The position numbers and the translations under genes were made by a program. This document shows, one piece after another, positions 56,778 through 64,000 of a stretch of 64,000 bases of DNA (positions are counted from its first letter, which is position 1; every line of letters begins with the position of its first letter). The notes beneath the pieces were generated by a model. The model searched no databases and had not been told where the DNA came from. It was given only the letters and a program-made list of their open reading frames with translations. Source of the DNA: a virus; IMG/VR virus record IMGVR_UViG_3300009184_000033, positions 32,001 through 96,000 of that record. One strand, 5' to 3'.

Positions 56778-58088
56778 TCAGATTTCGAAGGGTTCGCCTT
56801 CCAAAGTTGTTAGGAGCTTGACTTCGCTCTTCCAGATTTTTGATACGTGGCCTATGACTTTTTCTGCGTAATTGATCTCTAGATCTCTGCCATCGTGCTC
56901 GTGGTGAAGCACAAGAACGTTTCCCTTGTCGATCGATTCAACATAGATCGTTGGTATCGTATTTGCGCCAACTTGCCTGATTAGGTTATGCTTCACCTCT
57001 TTCCAGCCCATCTCATCAGAGACATCCTCGACAACGTAGTTCTCCTTCTTCCTGCCGTAGGAGAAAAGGTTCAGCTCCTCGCACATCTCTTGGGTGAGGT
57101 AGTTTCTGATGAAGGACTCATCGTTGCACGCCTCTCTTGCGATGAAGCATTCCTCTAGTCCCATACGCTTCTCTATATCGTGAAACATGTGGAAGCCGAG
57201 GTGGTAAGGATTGATTGATCCGATCGCGGGTCTGATGACCTGGTTGTGCGACTTGATGAATGGAAGGTGAAGTTCAGGCGGGAGATTGAGCTCGTGGAGG
57301 ATCCGGTAGTGCCAGTAGCTGGCCCAGCCCTCGTTCATAATCTTGGTGCGGATCTGCGGCATGAAGTACTGTGACTCAGTCCTCACAATGTCGAGAACGT
57401 CCCTCTCCCAGTCTTCCATGTTTGCGTGCTCGCCCAGGAATCCCAGAACATCGTACTCCTTCTCCAGAGGAACCTTCTCGAGGCTGTCCATTGAGACCTT
57501 GAGTCCGCGTTCCTTCTGCTCCTTGAAGCGTAGTATCATCTCCTTCTTCTTCACAGAGTGAGGAATGTACTCCTTCGGGAAGCGGTAGGTCTGGAACTGG
57601 ATTGCGTGCGCAGAATCCAGTAGCTCCTCCACCTTGATGATTCCAATGCTTGGGTCCTCGATGTAGCCCTGGATGCGCTTTCTGGCATTCCTAAAGCGGT
57701 GCACAATGATGTCCGGCTGGGTGCTGGAGAACATCCTGTTGTTCTTGAAGAAGTCACTGTGGCCAACACAGTGCGCCATGATGAGCACCTGCAGGTACAG
57801 AGGATTCTCCCGCATCAGGTAAGCAATGCTGGGATTCGAGTTGATGATGAGCTCGTATGGAAGACCCTCAGCACCAATGTTATACATCTGCTGAGTGCGC
57901 TCGAAAGACTTTCCGAAAGACCAGTGCGGGTAGTGGCTCGGCATGCCGTGGTATGACATGTGGCCCATCATCTCGTAGTAGTCGCAGGTCTCGTACACAA
58001 TTGGAAACCAGTCGAGATTGTGGCTCTCTGCGATCTCAATGATCCTCTTATCGTATTCTTCCAGTTCCTTGAAGGTCCAATCTGACAT
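56778..58088 (-). CDS. spoVR: SpoVR/YcgB family protein
   Basis: GMPSHYPHWSFGK, YELIINSNP, HCVGHSDFFKNN, PQIRTKIMNEGWASYWH, NPYHLG, L.H.HDGRDL. Confidence 0.96.
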   Translation of the reverse strand: MSDWTFKELEEYDKRIIEIAESHNLDWFPIVYETCDYYEMMGHMSYHGMPSHYPHWSFGKSFERTQQMYNIGAEGLPYELIINSNPSIAYLMRENPLYLQVLIMAHCVGHSDFFKNNRMFSSTQPDIIVHRFRNARKRIQGYIEDPSIGIIKVEELLDSAHAIQFQTYRFPKEYIPHSVKKKEMILRFKEQKERGLKVSMDSLEKVPLEKEYDVLGFLGEHANMEDWERDVLDIVRTESQYFMPQIRTKIMNEGWASYWHYRILHELNLPPELHLPFIKSHNQVIRPAIGSINPYHLGFHMFHDIEKRMGLEECFIAREACNDESFIRNYLTQEMCEELNLFSYGRKKENYVVEDVSDEMGWKEVKHNLIRQVGANTIPTIYVESIDKGNVLVLHHEHDGRDLEINYAEKVIGHVSKIWKSEVKLLTTLEGEPFEI

Positions 58089-59257
58089 TAAAGCTTCCCT
58101 CCAAAGAATGACTTGAATGCTGGCCAGATGTCTTTCGGCGTGTTGATGTTGGCGATCTTGAAGTTGCTGTCCTTGAGCGGCTGGAGCAAGTTTCCGAGCA
58201 TCGAGTCGTTGTGAGCCCAGCGCATCTTGTCCTTCTCAGGCTCAATCTCACAGTAGCCGTACAGCTGGCACAGTGGCTTTAGCACTCTGAGTCGCTCAAG
58301 GAGCTTTGGATTGTCGTTGGAGAAGTTGTCACCGTCGCTACACTGGAACGCATAGATGTTCCAGGCGGACTGGTGGTACCGCTTCTCAATGATCTGGCTC
58401 ACCATCTCGATTGCCGGCGAGACCGTGGTGCCGCCAGAGGATCCGCGCTTGAAGAACTGGTCTTCCGTGACCTCGTAGGCGGCGGTATCATGGGCAATGA
58501 ATACGATCTCGGTGTTCTCATACCGTGAGCGTACAAAGTGGTATAGCAGGAAGAAGAAGCTCCGTGCGAGATACTTCTTCTCATCGGTCATCGAGCCTGA
58601 CACGTCCATGATGAAGAAGATCACGGCGTTCGAAGAGGGCTGTGAGACCTGCTTGATGTGCTTGTAGCGCAGGTCGTCATCATTGAACGAGAAGCTCTCC
58701 TGCTCCTCTGGATCATAAGAGCCGCTCGACTTTGCCACGTTTCGCCGGCGGAGCATGCGCTTCACCGTCTCCTTCTTATCAAGCCTGGGCCTGATTCCCT
58801 CGTTCCTGTAGCCGTGGCGCTTTGGCTTCTCGGTGATGATCTGCTTTAGGGACTTCTTCTCCAGCTCGGGAAGCTCTAGGCTATCGAAAAGGTAGTGTGC
58901 GAGCTCTTCGAGCGTGATCTCGACCTCGTACACTTCCTCACCAGCATCCTCGCCGGCCTTTCCTGGCTTTCCCTTCTGGGGCTTTCCGGCACTGCCGACC
59001 GTCTGTCCCCTGGATACGTCCTTTCCTGGAGCAGAACCGACCTGGCGATTTCCATTATCGCCATAGACGAATCGATACTCCTTGATGCCCTTCACGGGAA
59101 TCTTGATCTTCTTCTTACCGTCCTGACCTATGATCGACTCATCCGCGACTATGTCGTGGATTCCGTCCTTGATTGCCCTATCGATCTTCTCTTTGTGACG
59201 TCGGCGGTCAGAAGCCGACCTGTCAGCGGAGGTCTTGTGCTCTTTGAAAACGGACAT
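58088..59257 (-). CDS. yeaH: YeaH/YhbH (DUF444) vWA-domain protein
   Basis: DRRRHKEK, MIDAS-like MDVSGSM, SSGGT, WNIYAFQCSDGDN, and YGYCEI. Confidence 0.95.
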   Translation of the reverse strand: MSVFKEHKTSADRSASDRRRHKEKIDRAIKDGIHDIVADESIIGQDGKKKIKIPVKGIKEYRFVYGDNGNRQVGSAPGKDVSRGQTVGSAGKPQKGKPGKAGEDAGEEVYEVEITLEELAHYLFDSLELPELEKKSLKQIITEKPKRHGYRNEGIRPRLDKKETVKRMLRRRNVAKSSGSYDPEEQESFSFNDDDLRYKHIKQVSQPSSNAVIFFIMDVSGSMTDEKKYLARSFFFLLYHFVRSRYENTEIVFIAHDTAAYEVTEDQFFKRGSSGGTTVSPAIEMVSQIIEKRYHQSAWNIYAFQCSDGDNFSNDNPKLLERLRVLKPLCQLYGYCEIEPEKDKMRWAHNDSMLGNLLQPLKDSNFKIANINTPKDIWPAFKSFFGGKL

Positions 59258-59262
59258 ACCAA

Positions 59263-59269
59263 TAAGTAT
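59263..59269 (-). promoter_or_regulatory. Candidate late-promoter motif ATACTTA
   Basis: 6 nt upstream of the yeaH ATG, which has no Shine-Dalgarno; overlaps the NUDIX stop codon. Confidence 0.4.
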
Positions 59270-59721
59270 CAGGTTCTGAGCGAGTATAAACTCTCGTTGC
59301 TCTTCAGTATGTCACGGGCCCAAACAACTGCTGGCTGAAGGTAGGGGTGAAACTTATCGTGGTCGGCCTCAAGATCAAGCCACTTGAGTCCGTGATGCTC
59401 GAGGATTCCGGTCTTCTCGTTCTTCTTGATCTTTGCGTCCTTGCTGGTCACCGCAATATAGAGAGTCAGGTGCTTGACTTTGAGGCTGAGATCTCCGAAT
59501 GGCATCTCGCCGTCTTCGATTAGGATGTCAGCCTCCTCAAAGCACTCTCTCTTTGCCGTGCTAAGAAGCGGCTCGCTGTTGGAGTCCACGCCACCCTTGG
59601 GTAGATCATAAGTGCTGTAGAACCTGAGCCCCAGCACTTTCCAGCCGTCATCAAACTTTCGCAGGACTACAAATCCTGCTCCAGGACGCCGCTCCCTCTT
59701 ATTGCTCCCGCGAGTAGTCAT
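59269..59721 (-). CDS. NUDIX hydrolase
   Basis: PKGGVD...E......AKRECFEEA Nudix box. Start uncertain; ATG 59721 was chosen. Confidence 0.88.
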   Translation of the reverse strand: MTTRGSNKRERRPGAGFVVLRKFDDGWKVLGLRFYSTYDLPKGGVDSNSEPLLSTAKRECFEEADILIEDGEMPFGDLSLKVKHLTLYIAVTSKDAKIKKNEKTGILEHHGLKWLDLEADHDKFHPYLQPAVVWARDILKSNESLYSLRT

Positions 59722-60040
59722 CTTCAAGCCTCACTACATCGTTGATTTCAGGGGTCGAGACTTCAATCAGCTGGACATCACCATCGTAAGCACAGAACCT
59801 GTGGACCGTCTTTGGAGTCACGTGAAACGTGCTTCCCTCAGTGTATTTCCACTTGTTCTCGCCCTTGGCTCCGACTTCGATTGTGAGAGTTCCACTGAGA
59901 ACCCTGATTGTCTCGTCCTTGATATTGTGGTACTGACGGCTCAGACGGTGGCCATTCTTGATCACCAGAATCTTTCCAAGGTACTTGGGGTTCTCAGCCC
60001 AAATCTCTTCGTGTCCCCATGGCTTATTTACGATTCTCAT
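59699..60040 (-). CDS. Cupin, mannose-6-phosphate-isomerase-like
   Basis: KPWG, LSRQYH..K.ET..VLSG, and HRF. Start at ATG 60040 (ATGA overlap). Confidence 0.85.
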   Translation of the reverse strand: MRIVNKPWGHEEIWAENPKYLGKILVIKNGHRLSRQYHNIKDETIRVLSGTLTIEVGAKGENKWKYTEGSTFHVTPKTVHRFCAYDGDVQLIEVSTPEINDVVRLEDDYSREQ

Positions 60041-60516
60041 TTCTTCACCTTTGAGACTAGATCTGATGACGACTGGATCTTGCCGCCGCCAATTCCAAAT
60101 ACCACATCGCACCCAATCTTTGAGCACAGCTCAAACTCTGGAACGTTCTGCGCCGTGTCTCGGTCTCCACCCTTTGTGAAATAGTTCGGCTTTAGAGCAT
60201 CAATTGCGCCAACCACGGTCTGTGATCCATCATCCCACGGTACAACATAGTCGACTCCTCGGACACCGTCGATTATCTCCATGCGCTCTTCATCGGGCAT
60301 GAAGGCATAACCCTTCTTCCTGAGGAGAAATCCGTCTCCGTTCACAATCACGACCGTTACGCCGCCCTCTTTGCTTGCCAGCCTGGCAGTGTCAAGAAGG
60401 CAACGAAGGTGTCCGACGTGCATGGGATCAAATCCGCCGCTCGTAGCCCAGACCTTCTGGTTTGGGTGGAATTCGCTGAGCACATCTCGCAGGTGCTCGA
60501 CATTCTTGCAGATCAT
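60037..60516 (-). CDS. Cytidylyl/adenylyltransferase (HIGH-motif; RfaE/TagD-like)
   Basis: TSGGFDPMHVGH, ERMEII..V..VD, KGGDR, and SSS. Confidence 0.9.
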   Translation of the reverse strand: MICKNVEHLRDVLSEFHPNQKVWATSGGFDPMHVGHLRCLLDTARLASKEGGVTVVIVNGDGFLLRKKGYAFMPDEERMEIIDGVRGVDYVVPWDDGSQTVVGAIDALKPNYFTKGGDRDTAQNVPEFELCSKIGCDVVFGIGGGKIQSSSDLVSKVKK

Positions 60517-62144
60517 TTTACGATAGACTCCCTGAAATCTTCTGGAAAGAACTTGGAGTTCTTCGAGTAAAATCTATCCCAGTCGCCATCGAGAATATAG
60601 GTCACTGCGTGGTCAGTCTCACTTCGGACAGATCGGCCCACAGACTGGACGATGGTCTTTGCGGTCTGGAGCGGGTACCACCAGGGCCAGCGGTGCATGC
60701 GCTTCTTCACGATCTTGTCACCGAGGTAGGGGTATGGGACCTTGCAGAGGATCTGGAAGCGGCTGGAATCGTCCTTGAGGTCCACACCTTCCGTCATCGA
60801 GGGTGACAGCAGAACCGTTGGCTGGGTCCCCGTGATGTGCTTGGACAGCGTCTCATCCCGGTCTGCGCTGCCATGGGTAAGGAGCCGGTTGGACTTCACG
60901 TTCTTCATGAGATAGTTCGCGATCTTGTAGGAGTGGCAGTGGATGATGCCCTTCTCATTCGGGTGATTGCGCAGAATCTCGGTAACGGCGGTGGCCAAAC
61001 GAGGCAGGGTCTGCTCGATCTTGTCCGCTGACATGCTGCCGACGGGGCTCACCAGGATCGGCTTGTTCTCGACCGGGAACGGTGACGGGATAGAGATGAA
61101 GGCGCAGTCCTCGGACTTGATTCCCAGGAGACCGCAGAAGCCCTCCTTGTCGAGAATCGTCGCCGACATCAGCAGGACCTTGTGACCGTGACGGAACAGG
61201 AACTCGTCCGCATAGTGGGAGACATCAACCGGCTTGAACTCGAGCTTGCGACCGGACTGCCCCTCGGCAGGAATCAGGTTGAAGATCCAGTTCTCGTCGT
61301 CGTAGATCTTCAGGAATCGGTGGACCTTGCAGATGTGCTTGTCGAGGAGCTCATACCGCTTTGCGATTGTAGTGAACTCCTTGAGTTTGTCCTTGAAGCC
61401 GACGTACTTCTCCATCATCTTTTCCATGTGCTTCACATGGGTATCAAGCTTGGGCTCGTACTCCTCGCGCAGCCACTTGATCGCCTGGAGCTGGGTCTTG
61501 ATCTCGGGCATCTCAAGCTTGAGGGCAGTGGATGCAAACCGCTCGCTGATGTCGATCTCGATGAACTTGCTGAGCTCCATGTCAGCATTGTGCGCCTCGT
61601 CGACCACCAGGAGCCGCCGGGGCTGGAGGCGGCCAGCGTACACCGTCTCAGCCAGGAAGTAGCTGAAGTTCGTCACGCTCTCCTCGCCATTGATGAACGC
61701 GTTCTTGGCCTGCCGGTAGACACAGTGGTGGGCACAGTTCTTGAAGAACGCAGAGGACTTGTCTGCGACCTTGAGTGCCCTGAGGCTGTCCGCGCAGGTG
61801 TTCGCCTTGTGGTAAGTGCACTGGAAGTTTGCTGAAGACTTCAGCGAGAGCATCGTGCCTTTCGGTGCCCCAAAGTCGCGCAGGTACTGGTCCTGCAGGA
61901 TCTTCTGGGTCGTGATGAAGTAGCCGCCCGGCTTGAAGTCTGCCGGGGCACTGTGACCGGACACGGTCCGGGAAAGCGCGAGACCGATCGCCGACTTGCC
62001 GACGCCGGTACCCGCCTCGATCACCACGAACTTCTTGTCTTCCTCGAAGAATGCCTTGAGCGCGAACTCGATTGCATCCTTCTGGGCGTCACGGATCTGA
62101 GAGAATGGGAAGTTGATCTCGTACTCGGGAATCACAGTTTGCAC
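60513..62144 (-). CDS. DinG/XPD-like SF2 DNA helicase
   Basis: Q motif IRDAQ, EAGTGVGKS, DEAH, MSAT, EGVD, QSVGRSVR; Cys cluster C...C...C..C. Confidence 0.9.
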   Translation of the reverse strand: MQTVIPEYEINFPFSQIRDAQKDAIEFALKAFFEEDKKFVVIEAGTGVGKSAIGLALSRTVSGHSAPADFKPGGYFITTQKILQDQYLRDFGAPKGTMLSLKSSANFQCTYHKANTCADSLRALKVADKSSAFFKNCAHHCVYRQAKNAFINGEESVTNFSYFLAETVYAGRLQPRRLLVVDEAHNADMELSKFIEIDISERFASTALKLEMPEIKTQLQAIKWLREEYEPKLDTHVKHMEKMMEKYVGFKDKLKEFTTIAKRYELLDKHICKVHRFLKIYDDENWIFNLIPAEGQSGRKLEFKPVDVSHYADEFLFRHGHKVLLMSATILDKEGFCGLLGIKSEDCAFISIPSPFPVENKPILVSPVGSMSADKIEQTLPRLATAVTEILRNHPNEKGIIHCHSYKIANYLMKNVKSNRLLTHGSADRDETLSKHITGTQPTVLLSPSMTEGVDLKDDSSRFQILCKVPYPYLGDKIVKKRMHRWPWWYPLQTAKTIVQSVGRSVRSETDHAVTYILDGDWDRFYSKNSKFFPEDFRESIVK

Positions 62145-62155
62145 TCCAATACCCG

Positions 62156-62183
62156 ATTATACCACGCGTAAATCGCTTTTCAA
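62156..62183 (-). promoter_or_regulatory. Sigma70-like promoter with extended -10
   Basis: TTGAAA-16 nt-TATAAT with a TGn extension (TGGTATAAT), 12 nt before the helicase GTG. Confidence 0.7.
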
Positions 62184-62482
62184 CGCTCTTTTGCCATCTT
62201 ATCCCGTTTCATCTTCTCGAACTCGGTCCGGATCCACATCTTCGCTTGCTCTTCATCAGCAAACGTGCGGGTGTAGCTCTGCTTTCTGCCCTTGGTGGTG
62301 TCGGTGATGCTGGCAAACGTCTTGCCCTTCTCATCTGTGGAGATCTCGTACTCCATGTCTTCGTAGTCTTCCCAGGTGTACGGGTCAGTGTGGACGCTGT
62401 GGGCATTTCTACCGACACCGGGAGGGACCTGGGTCATCGAAGTTCCGAATCCAGTCTCAAAAAGCAGATCGACTAATTTCAT
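62180..62482 (-). CDS. Hypothetical protein (100 aa; alternative start 62491)
   Basis: Begins MKLVDLLFE. Confidence 0.65.
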   Translation of the reverse strand: MKLVDLLFETGFGTSMTQVPPGVGRNAHSVHTDPYTWEDYEDMEYEISTDEKGKTFASITDTTKGRKQSYTRTFADEEQAKMWIRTEFEKMKRDKMAKER

Positions 62483-62506
62483 TCTGTGCATGCTATAACT
62501 GTACGT

Positions 62507-62848
62507 CTAGTACACATCGTATTCCGTTAGCTTGTCAGCCACTTCCTCGAGGAAACTTTCAGGGATCCCAACGTAACCGATGTCCTTCGCGGCTCTCTTC
62601 AGCTTGCGAACGTTGGTCTCTGCCTTCCTGGAGGGGCGCATCTCAAGGTCCATCATGGCATCAATAAGCTCCTGCTCCAGGTCCGCCCAGTCAATCTCTT
62701 CACCCTGGGGTGTGACGTAGTACTCGGGAGGAGACATAGGAGGGGGTGCGAGCGTTGACATCTCTGAGATACGACGTGAACGTGTGAGCTTGGAAGCTTC
62801 CTCGCGGATGATCTGACGAAGTCTCGTCTCTGTGAGTCTGATTGCCAT
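62507..62848 (-). CDS. Hypothetical acidic protein (113 aa)
   Basis: ATG 62848 has an AGGAG Shine-Dalgarno; begins MAIRLTETRLRQIIREE. Confidence 0.7.
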   Translation of the reverse strand: MAIRLTETRLRQIIREEASKLTRSRRISEMSTLAPPPMSPPEYYVTPQGEEIDWADLEQELIDAMMDLEMRPSRKAETNVRKLKRAAKDIGYVGIPESFLEEVADKLTEYDVY

Positions 62849-62911
62849 TTGATGATTCTCCTGTGAGCTGTAACGATAACTATCCTCTTTCGGGCATGTT
62901 TTCAATCTGAC

Positions 62912-62946
62912 AAAAAAAAAGCCGTCGAACCCAAGAGAACGACGGC
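62912..62946 (-). terminator. Rho-independent terminator after hsp20
   Basis: GCCGTCG...CGACGGC stem followed by T9 on the minus strand. Confidence 0.85.
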
Positions 62947-62969
62947 ATCACAGAGCGGGTGATTGCTGA

Positions 62970-63353
62970 CTACTCGACGGAGATGATCCGCTTCACGCTC
63001 TTCTGGACGGGGACCTCGACATAGAGGATGCCGGCGTCATACCGCGCCGAGATTCCATCCTGCGCGACGTTCTCACCGAGAGTCCAGGACCGGGAGTATG
63101 TGGACTTGGTGCCGTTCACCTCACGGTTACCGGTGACGGTGAGGCTGTCGTGCTCGGTGGAGATCTCAATGTCGGAGCGGCTGAGGCCCGGCATCTCCAC
63201 GGCGATGGAGTAGCCCTTGTCGGTCTCATTGATCTGAGCACGCGGCATCAGGGCAGTCGTCTTACGAGCGTACCGGTCACTGCGCTCATCGAGGAACGAG
63301 TCGAGGAAGGTGTCGAAGCTGGCATAGGGGCTGCGATTCACGATGCTGAACAT
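62970..63353 (-). CDS. Small heat-shock protein, Hsp20/alpha-crystallin family
   Basis: VEMPGLSRSDIEI, YSRSWTL, and SARYDAGILYVEVP; AGGAG Shine-Dalgarno. Confidence 0.93.
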   Translation of the reverse strand: MFSIVNRSPYASFDTFLDSFLDERSDRYARKTTALMPRAQINETDKGYSIAVEMPGLSRSDIEISTEHDSLTVTGNREVNGTKSTYSRSWTLGENVAQDGISARYDAGILYVEVPVQKSVKRIISVE

Positions 63354-63436
63354 GTTTTCTCTCCTTTTGATCTACGGCGTCGTTGCCGTGTGAAGAAGAT
63401 AAGCACCAATGCTCATAAGAAAACGGCCTGAGAGAA

Positions 63437-63583
63437 CTATTTTTTCGCCTCGACGATGAGGTACTTCATGAGCTTCTCTATCTGGATTATCGCGCTGACT
63501 GACTGAGGGTCAGTGAACATGAACTTGCACTGGGATAGCAGGAGGGTGATCTTCTTGATCAGGTAGGCTTTCTGTTGGTCCAT
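63437..63583 (-). CDS. Small hypothetical protein (48 aa; below the ORF-track cutoff)
   Basis: MDQQKAYLIKKITLLLSQCKF...EAKK*, with GAGG upstream; fills the gap between SET and hsp20. Confidence 0.55.
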   Translation of the reverse strand: MDQQKAYLIKKITLLLSQCKFMFTDPQSVSAIIQIEKLMKYLIVEAKK

Positions 63584-63600
63584 CGAGTCCTCGATACTAA

Positions 63601-64000
63601 CTAGACGTCGCTGAGCTTTCTCGCAACAAATCCGTCATCAAACCACAGCATTCCAGAGTCGGGAGAGTACTTGATGAGCACCTCTTCACCTGCCGCAATT
63701 GGCTTTCTGGTCCAGATCTGGATGGAGTAGGTGTCCTCACCTGTGCTCTCGTACTTCCAGAATGCATTTGGCTCGTGGTTGTGGTTGTAGATGCTCGCCC
63801 AGCCCAGCGCCACCAGCGCAATCCCATCCTTGTGCATGAAGACGTAGTCGTGGAGTATGTGCCGAGACTCATGCTCAACCATGTACTCCTTGAGGATCGA
63901 GCGACCGAACGCGATCGTTGGCGAGACCTCGACGCAGTAGTGCTCAGGAAGGTCTTTGGTCGCAAAAACTCCGAGACCGTGGATTGTTGACCTACGGATC
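63601..64000 (-). CDS. SET-domain lysine methyltransferase-like protein (5' end beyond the window edge)
   Basis: The frame is open to the edge: RSTIHGLGVFATKDL...SIYNHNHEPNA...I.AGEEVLIKY (HG.G, NH..PN and GEE...Y motifs). Confidence 0.9.
   Translation of the reverse strand, partial: IRRSTIHGLGVFATKDLPEHYCVEVSPTIAFGRSILKEYMVEHESRHILHDYVFMHKDGIALVALGWASIYNHNHEPNAFWKYESTGEDTYSIQIWTRKPIAAGEEVLIKYSPDSGMLWFDDGFVARKLSDV

Noticed and set aside
55224-56871. Plus-strand ORFs opposite prkA (279, 185, 152 aa) and similar ones opposite the helicase, GTs and spike gene
   Set aside because: Expected from high GC3 codon usage, which depletes antisense stops; the translations are not protein-like.
1-64000. 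Stop-codon reassignment, as found in some jumbo phages
   Set aside because: TAA, TAG and TGA all end genes at expected family lengths (e.g. TAG for SET and PA14, TGA for yeaH and gmd-adjacent genes), and coding density is high under code 11.
1-64000. tRNA, rRNA, integrase, transposase, intron or intein
   Set aside because: No cloverleaf-sized gaps with T-loop motifs and no recognisable catalytic or splicing motifs. A tRNAscan-SE/Infernal run would be needed to exclude small RNAs formally.

Overview
A 64 kb fragment of a large contractile-tailed (myovirus-like, probably jumbo) bacteriophage genome. Coding is dense, uses the standard genetic code, and all but one gene lie on the minus strand, often coupled by TAATG or ATGA overlaps. 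In window order there are five blocks. (1) 1-20.2 kb: baseplate/virion module with gp5-like, gp25 and gp6-like genes, a LamG protein and several very large unknown proteins; the first ORF is cut by the window edge and absent from the ORF track. (2) 20.2-21.6 kb: a phage sigma factor and neighbours. (3) 21.6-37.6 kb: a glycan-synthesis island with gmd, fcl, GT11, GT10, GT2/GT4 enzymes, a sulfotransferase, methyltransferases, an aminotransferase and an oxygenase, plus an embedded Cas4-like nuclease. (4) 37.8-51.1 kb: repeat-rich tail fibre and lectin paralogs with a PIN-PhoH gene. (5) 51.2-64 kb: accessory genes including a mini sigma-R4 protein, an Hc1 histone-like protein, a YkuK RNase H-like protein, a GroEL homolog lacking ATPase motifs, a YeaH-SpoVR-PrkA triad, NUDIX/cupin/cytidylyltransferase, a DinG-like helicase, Hsp20 and a SET-domain protein. 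No tRNA, rRNA, CRISPR array, integrase, transposase or reverse transcriptase was seen. The best candidates for new biology are the permuted YeaH-SpoVR-PrkA module next to the pseudo-GroEL, the glycosylation island together with a virion-enriched (S/T)-G-S motif, and a recurring ATA[C/G/T]TTA upstream motif. All family assignments come from motif recognition by eye; no database search was run.
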